Shown one piece after another: positions 1-12,145 of a stretch of DNA of 64,000 bases. Made by a program: the position numbers and the translations under genes. Source of the DNA: Octopus vulgaris (lineage: Eukaryota); contig OX597831.1 in the NCBI GenBank assembly GCA_951406725.2, positions 7,688,001 through 7,752,000 of the forward strand, in the 5' to 3' direction. Each line of letters begins with the position of its first letter. The first letter of the stretch is position 1. The notes below the pieces were generated by a model. That model had not been told where the DNA came from and searched no databases. It saw only the letters and a list, made by a program, of their open reading frames with translations.

Positions 1-110
1 CACTACTAGAAAAAAAAATTAAAGATCATTTTTCATTAGGCGTGCCATTTAGAAAGTTCCGGGGGCAGCAGCTTGCCTCTGACTATTCTAAATGATTACT
101 TGACCAGCTA

Positions 111-220
111 TAAAATCTTCAAAACACGCTCATCTACCTTTGAAAAAGAAAAAAATACGTAGAACTAAAATCTTCAAAACACGCTCATCTACCTTTGAAA
201 AAGAAAAAAATACGTAGAAC
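111..220. repeat. Perfect 55-bp tandem duplication
   Basis: TAAAATCTTCAAAACACGC...TACGTAGAAC at 111-165 and again at 166-220. Confidence 0.95.
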
Positions 221-552
221 TACTTCATATGATGACAGATTGAAAATGGAATGGGATAGTCGTGTCTGGGACGACTTAATCGATTAAGAGGTTGATATTT
301 GCAACTTGTAACTAAACAAAACTTCCCTGTCCATAGATTGCGAATTCTTGATTACGACTAATTAGGGAATTGGTAATTTGGAGAGATGAGATTGAGTAGA
401 AGACAGAAGAGGCACTTTTGGTTTAGATATAAATGGAATAGTTTGAGACATAATCAAGCATCGAATCTATTACTTGATCAAATACAGGGATTTAAGAAAA
501 TAGATTACTACACACACATCAAAATAGGAGATGGTCAAATATTTCTGATATA

Positions 553-849
553 TTTATATATAGAAGTGAAGTTGTGTGTCTGTCTCCTACGATTTAGATT
601 CCTAACTACTCCCACATTTTGCGGTGCAGTTTAACCAAAACCGGGTATCTTATAGTCGTGATTCATATCGAGCCCTTCTGGGTATTAGCGCGCGTCTACA
701 ATGAGTCTACGATTTAAAAAAAATTTACCATCATTTTTTTCCCATTTTTAATGCATTTTTTTTGCTATTATATAAGGGAAGTAACTCTCTAAAAATGCTT
801 ATATACTTATTTCCCTTACAAACCGAGCAACGCCGGGCGATACTGCTAG
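553..849 (+). mobile_element. Non-autonomous Helitron, family 1 (internally shorter copy)
   Basis: Ends CCGAGCAACGCCGGGCGATACTGCTAG|T (subterminal hairpin plus CTAG). Homologous to 10854-11359. Confidence 0.8.
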
Positions 850-1896
850 TTTATTATATAAGTGTATGTGTATATGTGTAAATATATATATACGCATACA
901 TGTATGTGTGTGTATGTGCGTGTGTGTGTGTTTCAAAAATTTGACAAAAACACAACAAATGGAAAATTTTACAAAAAACAAAGCAGAAAATTCGTAGCTA
1001 ATTCCTCACCAGTCAACGTCCCAGAGATCATTACAATTTCGTGCCTTATGTCCAGCATGGCCGCAGTCTAATGACTAAGACAAGTAAAAGATAAAAGTTA
1101 TATAGACATACTTGTATGTATGCATGTATGATGTATATGTGTGTGTATATGTCTGTGTATGTGGCATCGTTATTCATTTCCAGGTATACTTTCGTTACAT
1201 GCGAGATGCTTCAGGTGTGGTGTCCTAAACCTTGAGAACTACTAACATATCTACGACTACACTTTGCAAACAAAATATCATAAACAACCGTGACCGTTGT
1301 ATAAGGAATAATAAAAACACGGCAGGCGAAGGTGAGCAGTCGGACTTTAAAGTTCGATTTCATAAGAAAAGAAGGAAAATTCATAATTTAATAAACAAAG
1401 GAAAACTGATGGAAAGTATATATGTATATATATGTTTTTATTATCGTTGAAATTAATATAGCCCAGAGTATGTTGATAAACCAAACAGAAATGAAATGTG
1501 TATATGTTGTTCTACTTACCTTCGAGTGTCAGATCAATATCTGCCACAGAGTTCGCCGATCACTAGTAACATACTTCCATAACAACCGAAAACTTATCAT
1601 CTGTGCCATAATGACTGACTACAAACAGTGTCAAGTTTTTAATTCACACACCGTCTAAAGTTGGATACAATCAAGTGGTTTATAGAAGCAGAGTAACTAG
1701 AATAATAAGAATTAATTATTCAGTCCGACAGCTGCTATGGCGATTGCGAACAGGTCCAAGGAAAGATTAAAAAAAAGAAAAGAAAAGAAAAGAAAAGGAA
1801 AAGCAACCTAGGGAAGCTGGAAAAGTATTTTTTCCAGTGAGTGTGCGCGCGTGTGTGTGTGTGTGTGTGTGTGTGCGTGTGTTGTGCGTGTATATG

Positions 1897-1934
<38 letters not shown>

Positions 1935-2714
1935 GGTGCGTTGTATATTGTAAAACGATGAGAAAGTAATGCAGTAGTGGACAACGAGTAGCTTCCAATA
2001 GAATAGCTTTTTTTTTTCAGACAAAAGTATATATATTATAAACGTATAAGAATTCCGACACGAGGAAGAGAAAGAATGAATGAGAACCGAGGATATATCT
2101 GAACAGAAGCGACGTGGTCAGTGGTTGTCATGCTACGCAGCTTATTGTCGTTTCCGTTGCTATAGGCTTACTGCCTCACGTGACCTGCAGAGCGGGAAAT
2201 CAATGTCCAAAGCTGATAGAAGAATATAAGTCCAGATAGATATATTTAGTTTTAACCAAAATAGAAATGGATGGATATATTTAGATTATACCTTTTTTAA
2301 TCAATTAAAACAGATTATTCATATATGATAGAATTCTTCCACCTGATCTTTTTGACTTTCATTAGTTACCGAATACTCTTAATATGAGAATCAGTGAAGT
2401 AGCTAATAGAGGTGTAAGGAACCTTTTTCTTTATTACCCACAAGGGGCTAAACACAGAGGGAACAAACAAGGACAGACATAGGTATTAAGTCGATTACAT
2501 CGACCCCAGTGCGTAAAAGGAACCGATTGTTCCTCCCTCCTGAACACAGTTTTCAAAATTGGCGCCATTTATAAAATGTATAATCAATGAGTTAAAAAAT
2601 TGTTGGGTATATGTAACAGCGCTTTACTTCTTTTTTATGCGCTCGCTAACTTTAGAACCTGACTACGTCCCCGGTGAAAATGTGCTCTGTAGAATGATAG
2701 AGAAGAGCAAGTAA

Positions 2715-4080
2715 AGTTTTATTAAATTTATTCTGTATTTTGTTATATTTCGGGACGGTTATATTTTTTTGGCCAAATAAACACACGCACTATATATTCG
2801 TTCTTCAGATTTATTTTTTGTTCTTATTTAATGTCCTTTTGTTTGAAAATCTTTCGTTACACGTCCTGTGACCTCTTCAGCGACACTCCATCCCGCGTGT
2901 CTCCTGTCCCGTTTATTCCATTCAGTCTTTCTATGGTATGCATCCTTATCTGCACATGCGTTTGTGTGCGCGCGCGCGTCTGTGTTTTGTGTATATGGGT
3001 TTGCTTACTATACTGTTTGAACCCGTGCCCTTTATTTAATTTTTTTCCATTTATTTATTTATCTCTCTATTTTTTCTCACTCCGTCTTAAGTATTGGGAT
3101 CTTTTCGGTTTGAACGGCAGTTTTTCCAGCGGTATCATCTGAAATTGTCACTCATAATTATGACCCTAGTATCCATCTATTGCATTTCAATCTGTTTTAG
3201 GGTTAGGGTTAGGGTTAGGGGTGGGGGGAGGGTATCTTTTTTTCTTCAGAAATGTAAATAAACCCAATCTGTTTCTTAAACGAGGGACATATTCATACGG
3301 CACAGAATGTTTTCACCTCAATAGACGTCATTGATTGGTTGAAATTGCAGAAATTGAAGAAAAGAGCCCACAAATATCTTACAAACTATAGAATTTTCTC
3401 AATAAAGCCAAGAGAAAAAGATGTTTTATAAACACATTCTACCAGTATACAAAGTTTAAAAGTGTTTAGTTACGTGGAAATTATTTTTAAAAACTGCCGG
3501 TCAAACCGAAAAGATCCAAGTATTGTATCTGTTTGTGTGTGTGTGTGAAGGGGGTTATGTATTATACTGTTTGTATTTATGTCTTTTTTCTCATTCTATC
3601 TTTAGTCTTCATGTTGCGTAGTGTTGGGGAGGGGTGTTACTGTTCCATTTGTATTTTCTGTTGAGGCTCACTCTGTCTATTACTACGTGTGTAACCTCTG
3701 TAATCTGTCTAAGCGTCTGTTCTATGCGTTGATAATACCTTAACATGTATGTTATTAACCGAGCTTCTATGTTCCAAGTGAGCATGTTGGTAGAGCACTG
3801 ATGAACTTTTCACCTCTTTGAGTTCCTGCCAGTGTTCGCCTATCCGATCCTCTATGCTACGTACTGTCTCCTCATAGATATGTTGTTGTCCTGTTTATGC
3901 ACCGTCCCTGAGTACACTGTGTGCTATAGATTTACAGCTAACCTGTGGGTTCCTCCTATATACCATACAGTTGTTCTCTGTACATGGGGGACTTTCGAAT
4001 GGATATCTTCTACAGATCATGGATTTTATGAGGATTCCTGGCTTTTCTACTGCTTTAATCCGTAGATTTACCTCATCTAA
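2715..4080 (-). mobile_element. Degenerate Penelope-like element (GIY-YIG fragment plus hammerhead-like end), interrupted by a MITE
   Basis: Minus strand 4080-3768 reads LRIKAVEKPGILIKSMICRRYPFESPPCTENNCM...CKS, then IYEETVRSIEDRIGEH...SSVLYQHAHLEH. CTGAAGA...GAAA core at 2880-2852 on the same strand. Confidence 0.65.
3097..3517 (-). mobile_element. Merlin-type MITE, copy 1
   Basis: TIR GGATCTTTTCGGTTTGAACGGCAGTTTTT, 8-bp TSD AAGTATTG, internal (TTAGGG)4. Confidence 0.88.
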
Positions 4081-4193
4081 TGTTTCTTACTTGTAGTTGT
4101 TTAACTTCAAGTCAATCTGATTAAGCAGACTTGTGACTTTTAGGAATCATATCTACCGCCCTCTCTTTCTATCAAAGACCACATTGCTCACTG

Positions 4194-4590
4194 TGTAGCG
4201 GTACAAGCAGCCAGCGCCATGTTGGATGAGATCTCGCGACAGCCATTGCCATTTCTGAGACTGGAGCGAGACCTCATCTGCATCCATTTGCTATACGCGA
4301 GATCCCAACGAGGCTCACGATGGGGAAAACTATATAAAGAGTAAACCGATTCAGACCTGTCTCTCCTTCGGCGCCACTACACACCACCACTGGCAGAGGA
4401 TTTCTGCTTGTCTATCTCCAGAGGCAGTGCGCCCACACTAAAGGAGCTTAAGATGGTAGCTGAGAGCAGCACACTTCACCTTTCCTGTAAATAAACCACT
4501 AGTAAATAGCAGTTGTATTTCTTCGCCTGCCGGAAGCCTGAACTATCTAAAGAACAAGAAGATGATGGAAGGAGACAATATTCCTCCGAT
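4194..4590 (+). mobile_element. Candidate solo LTR
   Basis: GC-richer block starting TGTAGCGG, TATATAAA at 4331, AATAAA at 4490. The 3' CA end and TSD were not resolved. Confidence 0.45.
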
Positions 4591-4942
4591 ATCGTAAACC
4601 TTGCCTTCCATTATTAAAATTGTGTACTTAATTCTTTAAACGATAAAGTGTAGTTTCTCAAAGATCGAACGATCTTGTAGTGGCTGTTGCAACTTTAACA
4701 GAGAAGGTGTTGACCGCTAAACTCATTACGAATACTTATGCTAGACAATAACGAATATTATTTTCATCCAGCAGTATCAACGTCAAGCAGTGCCTCGGCA
4801 GATGCGAACATAAGAAAAAAATTCTTTCTTATGGTAAAAATGTGTAAAAACACATCTGCCCGGTGCTATCTCCTAACGGATTCCAAAGCCCAATGTTTCT
4901 AACTCTTTAGCCATTTTCAATGGAAAATAACGAAGCGAGGTA

Positions 4943-5368
4943 GGACCTTTTCGGTTTGAACGGCAGTTTTTAACATAATTTCTAGGTAACTAAAAAATTT
5001 TAAACTTCGTATACTGGTAGAATGTGTTTATAAAACATCTTTTTCTCTTGGCTTTATTGAGAAAATTCTATAGTTTGTAAGATATTTGTTGTTTTTTTCT
5101 TCAGTTTCTGCAATTTCAACCAATCAATGACCGTCTATTGAGGTGAAAACATTCTGTGCCGTATGAATATGTCCCTCGTTTAAGAAACAGATTGGGTTTA
5201 TTTACATTTGCGAAGAAAAAAAGATACCCTTCCCCCCATCCCTAACCCTAACTAACTTTAACCTTAAAACAGATTGAAATGCGATAGATCGATACTAGGG
5301 TCATAATTATGGGTAACAATTTTATATGACACCGCTAGAAAAAACTGCCGTTCAAACCGAAAAGATCT
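4943..5368 (+). mobile_element. Merlin-type MITE, copy 2
   Basis: Same TIRs; 8-bp TSD GCGAGGTA (4935-4942 and 5369-5376). Confidence 0.88.
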
Positions 5369-5921
5369 GCGAGGTAACTCAGCAGATTTGAAGCCATGTT
5401 TTAACCAGAAACAGTCAACAAAACTGAGTTGCACCATCAGACCACCCAGTCGGGAAAAATCAACAGTATCAGTGCCAAGCAGGGATTAGGCCATAAGAAA
5501 ACTTTCGGTTTCTTAGAGTATGCTTATGACATATTACAACTTCTAAAGGCAAACGCTGCATCTGGGAATCCGATGGGGGCAGTACTGAGCGGATATGGTG
5601 CTTTTACATCTTTATACCACAAGACAGAATTTTTTCTCCACAGTAAAATGCAGTGAGTTTGCCTTTAGAAGATGAAATATGTTACAACCATATTCTATCT
5701 GGCCTAAAGCTCGCGTACTTTAATTATTCCAGCATTTAAGGGAGACAAGTTAGAATACATTTCGGCCTGTTAGACATCTTCAGTAAAGCGTAGATTTCGT
5801 AGTACTTGCTGAAGTTGTGACAAGTGAGTAAGTACAGAAAATTAAAATACTTTAGAGAATAAACAACTCAAAAGGAACTGCTCAGAGAAATCATCTTCAC
5901 ATAATTTTTTTTTTAGCTAAA

Positions 5922-6286
5922 TCTCTCTATATATAAACGGCAAAATGTTTGTGTGTGTGTGTGTGTGTGTATCCTTTATACAAATCCACACCTTTTCACT
6001 TAGAGGGCTCGCACTTTCTATAGTAATTCAAAACCATCCAAGGGTGGTCGTGCAGATCTTTACATTTCCCCAGTCACCATAGAAAGCCATTAAAAATCAA
6101 TAGAAGTGATTTTTTGGTGAATTTTCTATCCCAAACCCAATCAAAATGCCCGAAACTTGATACGCCAATTGAATGCCAGTTAGTTGTATGTGATTGGTTG
6201 GAGATTTCGCGTGTATGTGCGCACACACGCAGCTGTATATGCATGCATTAGCACTATGACCTGGCGTTGCGGGGTCATAGTGCCAG
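5922..6286 (+). mobile_element. Non-autonomous Helitron, family 2
   Basis: A|TC start, 11-bp stem GCACTATGACC/GGTCATAGTGC, then CCAG|T. Second copy at about 54555-54969. Confidence 0.75.
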
Positions 6287-7192
6287 TGAGTGTTAATATA
6301 TTTAACGTAGTAAACGTTAAAGAACTAACTGTAGATATTCAGGAAAAGACTATATAAAATACTTTATGTAGGAAGCCAAGACATTTTAATCATTTATAAT
6401 TATACCTGAAATGACGGAGAAAATTTATGTCTAATTGTGAGCAAAAATGGCAGGGGAGACAACTCAGGAATTTTAATTGATAAAAAATAGAATTCAAGAG
6501 AAGTGAACCTGATTCTTAGTAATGCATGTTTCAGTCGTAAAGCATACTGTAACCGTTATTGCCATGTAGAATAACATGAGGAGATGTCAGCTTTGAGCGA
6601 ATGAACATTGAATTACAACTTGAAATGCCGACTGGGATAAAAATACATACTGAAATGAGCACCTACGTTCTTGATGCAAAAACTGATGAGGAAAAAAATC
6701 ATCTTTATTGTTAATTATGATCAAGAATGTGAGGAGAGACACCTTGGAATTAATGTTGATTAAATTGAATTATAAATGGAATACTATGAGAAATGAATTT
6801 GGTCGATAACAGCACAATGACAACTATGGACATGTTTTAGTATTATTAAGCCTCATCAGTTAAGCATAAAAGATACATAGTTCATTGACCGTATGGCGTC
6901 AGTTATAATACTGTATTTGATAGTGTAAAAAGTGCACAAGCATATTAGATGCATTATAATTTTAGCAGCGCATATTCAGGAAAAAAGTTTATAGTGCATT
7001 AAAGCATGTAATATTTAAAGTAACCTTGCTGTGCACAATCGTTTGTAGGTCGAACAAAATGATTAGCAGAATTTCGTCCGTCTTTACGTTCTCAGTTCAA
7101 ATGCCGCTGGGGTCAACTCTGCTTTTCATCCCCTCAGAGTCGATAAAATAAGTGTCAGTAAAATACTGGGGATCGATGTAAGTGTTTGCCCC

Positions 7193-7603
7193 GGATCTTT
7201 TCGGTTTGAACGGCAGTTTTTTAAAAATAATTTCCACGTAACTAAACAATTTTAAACTTCGTATTCTGGTAGAATATGTTTATAAAACATCTTTTTCTCT
7301 TGGCTTTATTGAGGAAATTCTATAGCTTGTAAGATATTTGTTGTTTTTTTCTTCAATTTCTGCAATTTCAACCAATCAATGACGTCTATTGAGGTGCAAA
7401 CGTTCGGTGCCGTATGAATATGTCCCTCGTTTAAGAAACAGATTGGGTTTATTTACATTTCTGAAGGAAAAAAGATACCCTTCCCCCTAACCCTAACCCT
7501 AAAACAGATTGAAATGCAATAGATCGATGCTAGGGTCATAATTATGGGTGACAATTTCATATGACACCGCTAGAAAAAACTGCCGTTCAAACCGAAAAGA
7601 TCA
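7193..7603 (+). mobile_element. Merlin-type MITE, copy 3
   Basis: Same TIRs and interior. No TSD visible; it abuts a SINE fragment on the left. Confidence 0.85.
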
Positions 7604-9703
7604 AAAAAATGTACCTAGTAGTATATTATTAAACATTACAAAAACACCTTAGCTATAGCAGAAACATTACTATATACAACTGGTATATAGAGTCAAGCTA
7701 GAAAAGACCGCCTAAATTAACATTAGCCTACATTAATGTACGTCTCGAACAAAATTAGATTATGGGAGGCCTAGCTTCGCATATAAGATGCAGGGTGATT
7801 TTATGGAGACTTTTGTTTTTTCGAAAAAGTGTTTTATATGCTATTAAATAAGGTATATTTATAGCAGTACTCATGTAGTAATTTTCTAAAAAATATTACC
7901 GAGCAGTAGCTAATATAAGATATTAACATGTATTAGTTGTAAGTGGAGGTAAGAATGACGGTGTTTTTTAAATTACGTCGTCATATCAAGCAATCTTGTA
8001 AGGTCACCAAACATGAGAAAACACGATACAGTTTCATGTTTGCTAAAAAACAAAAACAACAACAAAAAAAAAGAAGTAATTCATCTCTCACATTCATTAT
8101 GTACAATAACATATTTCAGCTTTCAATTTTATTTTCATTATTCGAAACATTTTCATTAAAACATGATTTAGTCATGTTTTAATTTAGTCTGGACGATATA
8201 TATTTTATCGAATGTTCTTTTTGTTTCAAGTTTATCGTAATGGCTGTATATTGATCAATGATATATTTCAAATTTATGAGCTGAAGTGTGCTTGGTTAAT
8301 TACTGTTCATCACCTGTTTCTTTGTCCCGGCTTCCTTCTGCAACACTCCCTCCCCTTTGGAAATCTGGTTTTCCATTTCCTTTATTGATGATGTCACCGG
8401 AAGATCTTTGCTTAAGATCGTCGTTGCTTTGTTTGGATGTCTTACAAAGTCATGTGTTTGCATTAAGCCCGAGTATTCTATCGACTTCATTTTTTTCTTA
8501 GAGCACTACTTTCATTCATCAATGCCTATAGTTTGTGAGGAAGAAGCAAGCTGTTTATGAAAAATGCCATTTGACACTAGATTATAGTTAAACCTGACTA
8601 TTAAAAGGAAATGATATGACCTAGTTACTCTATTCATCATGACATAACTCAAGAAATAATTTTGTATTAGCAGAACTGTTAGAATATGGAGTAAAACGCA
8701 TAACTAACATTTTAGTTAGGACACCTTTCGTTGTAATAATATCTCGTTAACGTCAACTGTGCCTTTCATTCTTCTGAGTTGATAAAATAAAGCTCCATTG
8801 AATATGGGAGTCTGTTTATATTCCTATAGATCAGTATCCAAGGTATAAATGGAATTATAAATAGAAGCACGAGCACGCTGCTTCTGCTAATTACAACTTA
8901 AAGTGAACTAGCTAGAAATGCCAGTCACTCCTACGATTTAATTCTCCTTCAGGTTTAATATCTTTATTGTATTGATCTTGTCTCCTCATTCTTTACATAA
9001 AACTTAAAACAAGACATTTTTTCCAATTCTTAGATAAATGTCTTTTTATTTATTTATTTATTTTTTGTAAAACGGACTTGATAACGAAATTTTGATGTAT
9101 TTTAGAGTGATACCTTGTGCCTATGTTAGAAATCAATATATTTTTAGATTGATAGAGAATCTTGTTCCGAAAATGTATCGTCTCGAATTGATTAACTACT
9201 TTTGCACTGGTTACATCTAAATATAAATCAATCTATATTGGAGGAAGATGTTTCCGATTTGTGTGCTATTTGGTTTGTACCAGAGCACCGTAATGTGAAA
9301 ATAATCTCTTAGCAAACCGATTCTCGGTTCCAACTGTTTTGCTTCTTTTACGCTGTTAGTTCTCATGAGAAGAAGAACCATGGATGTTACAACTTACCAT
9401 TTGTTCTTTTCCAAAATAAAAATGAAAAACATCAGACTTTATTCTTGTAAATTCAACCGAAGCTAAAAGCTTGGTAACTGATGACTTCTGCCATGATAAC
9501 TTAAAGGCGAAGACTTGAGCCATCTAATGAAGTGAAAGATGTAGAAGGTTACGAAACACTTTACTATGCTCGTACTCTCTTATTACACAACAAATCTGCT
9601 GGGCAGGGACGGAGAAAGATGTTTTTAAAGCCGTTTGTATGACTCATAGTTAAGCAACTCATTCCTTTTTCAAGAATATGTTTCACGCAAAACAACGAAA
9701 ATT

Positions 9704-9894
9704 ATACATTATTTACATTTGACGAATATTTATCCTCATCTTGTTTCGGCTGATACCCTCCAGCCTTCATCAGGTGTCTTGGAGAAATTTCGAACCTGGG
9801 TTCTCATTCCTAAGATAGTTTTCGATGTTACTATTATTCAGGTCACTGCCTAGAATCGAACTCGGAATCTTAGCGCTCTTAACCACAACGTCAT
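9704..9894 (-). mobile_element. tRNA-headed SINE-like element with a hammerhead-ribozyme core in its 3' part
   Basis: Minus strand: A box TGACGTTGTGGTTAAGAGCG, B box GAGTTCGATTC, then GACAC-CTGATGA-A-GGCTG(GAGGGTAT)CAGCC-GAAAC. Confidence 0.65.
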
Positions 9895-10853
9895 AAATTA
9901 TAATCATAATAATGTGCCCAAAAATTATAATCATAGTAATACTGATATTTTTCATTATGATTAGAGGCTCTATATTTAAGAACTAAGCAAAGCGTAACTT
10001 TCTATCTTTCTCCAAGACTTCAGAGATATAAATATAGTGAAATGTTTTTAACTTCAGAGATAAACTTGTGGCTTGGTTTCCGTCTGCTCCTTCGACTACG
10101 ACGCTCGTCAGTGATGTATAATCATGCTAATATATTTACTTTTTTTTTGGGTACTATAGGCAAAAGGCTTGAAATTTGACGAGTAGTGGGGGCAGCCGAT
10201 TTCATTGATCTCACACCTGGTACTTATTTCATCGATCCCGAAAGGATAAAAGGTAAAGTTGACCTCGGCTGAATTCAAAGAAGGAAGACATGTTTTTAAG
10301 CATTTTGTCCGGCATGCTAACGTTTCCGTCAGCTTTGGCACAAGGCCATAGACGTTATGAAAATGAAATATGCTTCCCCATATTAAACTGATTTGTAAAC
10401 ATATTGTATGATAGTTCAAATAAAACTGTCTCGGTTTCTGACATTTCTATATTTCTATCGCCCTTTATACTCATAATACGCGAACAACTTCCACCAATCT
10501 TAGCTTATAATGTTACGAATTTGGCTGGGAGGAACAAATGATTAAACTGATGCCCTTTCTTCACTGGTACTATATACAGGGTCATCGATTCACATAAGAA
10601 TGAAAAGAGGAATATGACTAAAGCATGGCGAAGCAATAAAATATTTTCTTTTCCTTTTCTCCTTCAATAGTTTTAGCCGATTATATCGACTCCAGTACTT
10701 TGTCTGGAATTTAAGTCAGTTCTGTATTTCTCATAGGAAAGGGTAAATATAAAACTGACTTGGGCCTAAAGGAACATAACTTAGGCAGAACAAAATAGCG
10801 CAAAATATTCTAATGTTCAACCATATGACTTCATTATCGCACGATGATATATA

Positions 10854-11359
10854 TCTATATATATAAAACTCTAGTTGTGTGAGTGTCTGTCCCCTTCGAT
10901 TTAGATTCCTAACTCCTCCCACATTTTGCGGTGCAGTTTAACCAAATTCGGGTATCTTATAGTCGTGATTCATATCGAGCCCGTCTGACTATTAGCGCGC
11001 GTCAACGATGAGTCTACGATTTTAAAAATAATTTAACATCATTTTTTATTCCATTTTAATGCATAAAATGCATCGTATATCGATGGCGGCGGAGTTGGCG
11101 TCCACGCTCACAGCTGCACCTGTTTGCTTCTCCCCCTTCCCTCCCTCGTGAAGCTGTGGGGAAGGGAGTGTAAAGAAATCAACGTCGTAATGCGTTGTGA
11201 AGGAAACCAGCGTTCTTTTAGAACAACGACTTCATGGCTTGAAGACACCAAAACAAAAATGGCTAAGAAAGCCCGAATTTATAAGGGAAGTAACTCTCTA
11301 AAAATGCTTATATAGTTATTTCCCTTACAAACCCGAGCAACGCCGGGCGATACTGCTAG
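10854..11359 (+). mobile_element. Non-autonomous Helitron, family 1
   Basis: A|TC start, hairpin CCCGAGCAACGCCGGG and CTAG|T end, no TSD. Confidence 0.85.
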
Positions 11360-11549
11360 TATATATATATATGTGTGTGTGTCGACTTTGCCTTTCATCC
11401 TTTCGGGGTCGATTAAATAAGTACCAGTTACACACTGGATCGATATAATCGACTTAATTCGTTCGTCTATTCTTGTTTGTCCTCTCTGTGTTTAGCCCCT
11501 TGTGGGTAGTAAAGAAATAGCTAGGTTTCCATCGATTCTATTTTTAAAG

Positions 11550-11758
11550 GGCGGCAGCTGGCAGAACCGTTAGCACGCCGGGCGAAATGCTTAGCGGTAT
11601 TTCGTCTGCCGTTACGTTCTGAGTTCAAATTCCGCCGAGGTCGACTTTGCCTTTCATCCTTTCGGGGTCGATAAATTAAGTACCAGTTACGCACTGGGTC
11701 GATGTAACCGACTTAAGCCCTTTGTCTGTCCTTGTCTGTTCCCTCTGTGTTTAGAAAT
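11550..11758 (+). mobile_element. tRNA-derived SINE family A (core GTCGACTTTGCCTTTCATCCTTTCGGGGTCGATAAA..AGTACCAG)
   Basis: A/B boxes; the core resembles the conserved Deu/Nin-type SINE domain. Further partial copies at about 2424-2515, 7060-7190, 10150-10340, 11381-11521 and 19915-20385. Confidence 0.85.
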
Positions 11759-11780
11759 ATATAAAGAAATATATATATAC

Positions 11781-12020
11781 AGTATTTAAAAGGTTGTTTG
11801 TTAATACCGGTGAGAGAGTAACCATTGGTTTCACACCCATAAAGTGCTTACTTGCATAGGCGGCTCGTCAGATTAAAACGACCAAAGACAGTTGTAAAGA
11901 GGTTATGTACTTCTGGTCATTGGAGTATGAGGAGTCGCCTGTACACTTAATCGCTTTATAGGTGCGTAACCAATGGTCACTTTCTGATCGGTCATAACCG
12001 AAAACCTTCTAAATATTACT
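11781..12020. mobile_element. Old palindromic MITE
   Basis: Arms of about 110 bp are diverged reverse complements (e.g. AACCATTGGTTTCACACCCATAAAG versus CTTTATAGGTGCGTAACCAATGGTC). Confidence 0.7.
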
Positions 12021-12145
12021 GCTCTGCTGTTTTAGAGTAGTGTTTCTCAACCGGGGTTCATCGAAGGTTTTGGGGTGTCCAAGTAACAAAATAGTAAATT
12101 GGGGATCCACAATAATATTTTAAGGGTCCCTGAAAAACAGTTTTG

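Noticed and set aside
3197-3220. (TTAGGG)4 as a telomere or chromosome-fusion scar
   Set aside because: It is internal to a MITE bounded by TIRs and a TSD.
8296-8594. Coding-looking minus-strand segment as a partner for the 9398-9523 exon candidate
   Set aside because: Both nearby acceptors give a stop within a few codons in phase 0, and no homology was recognised.
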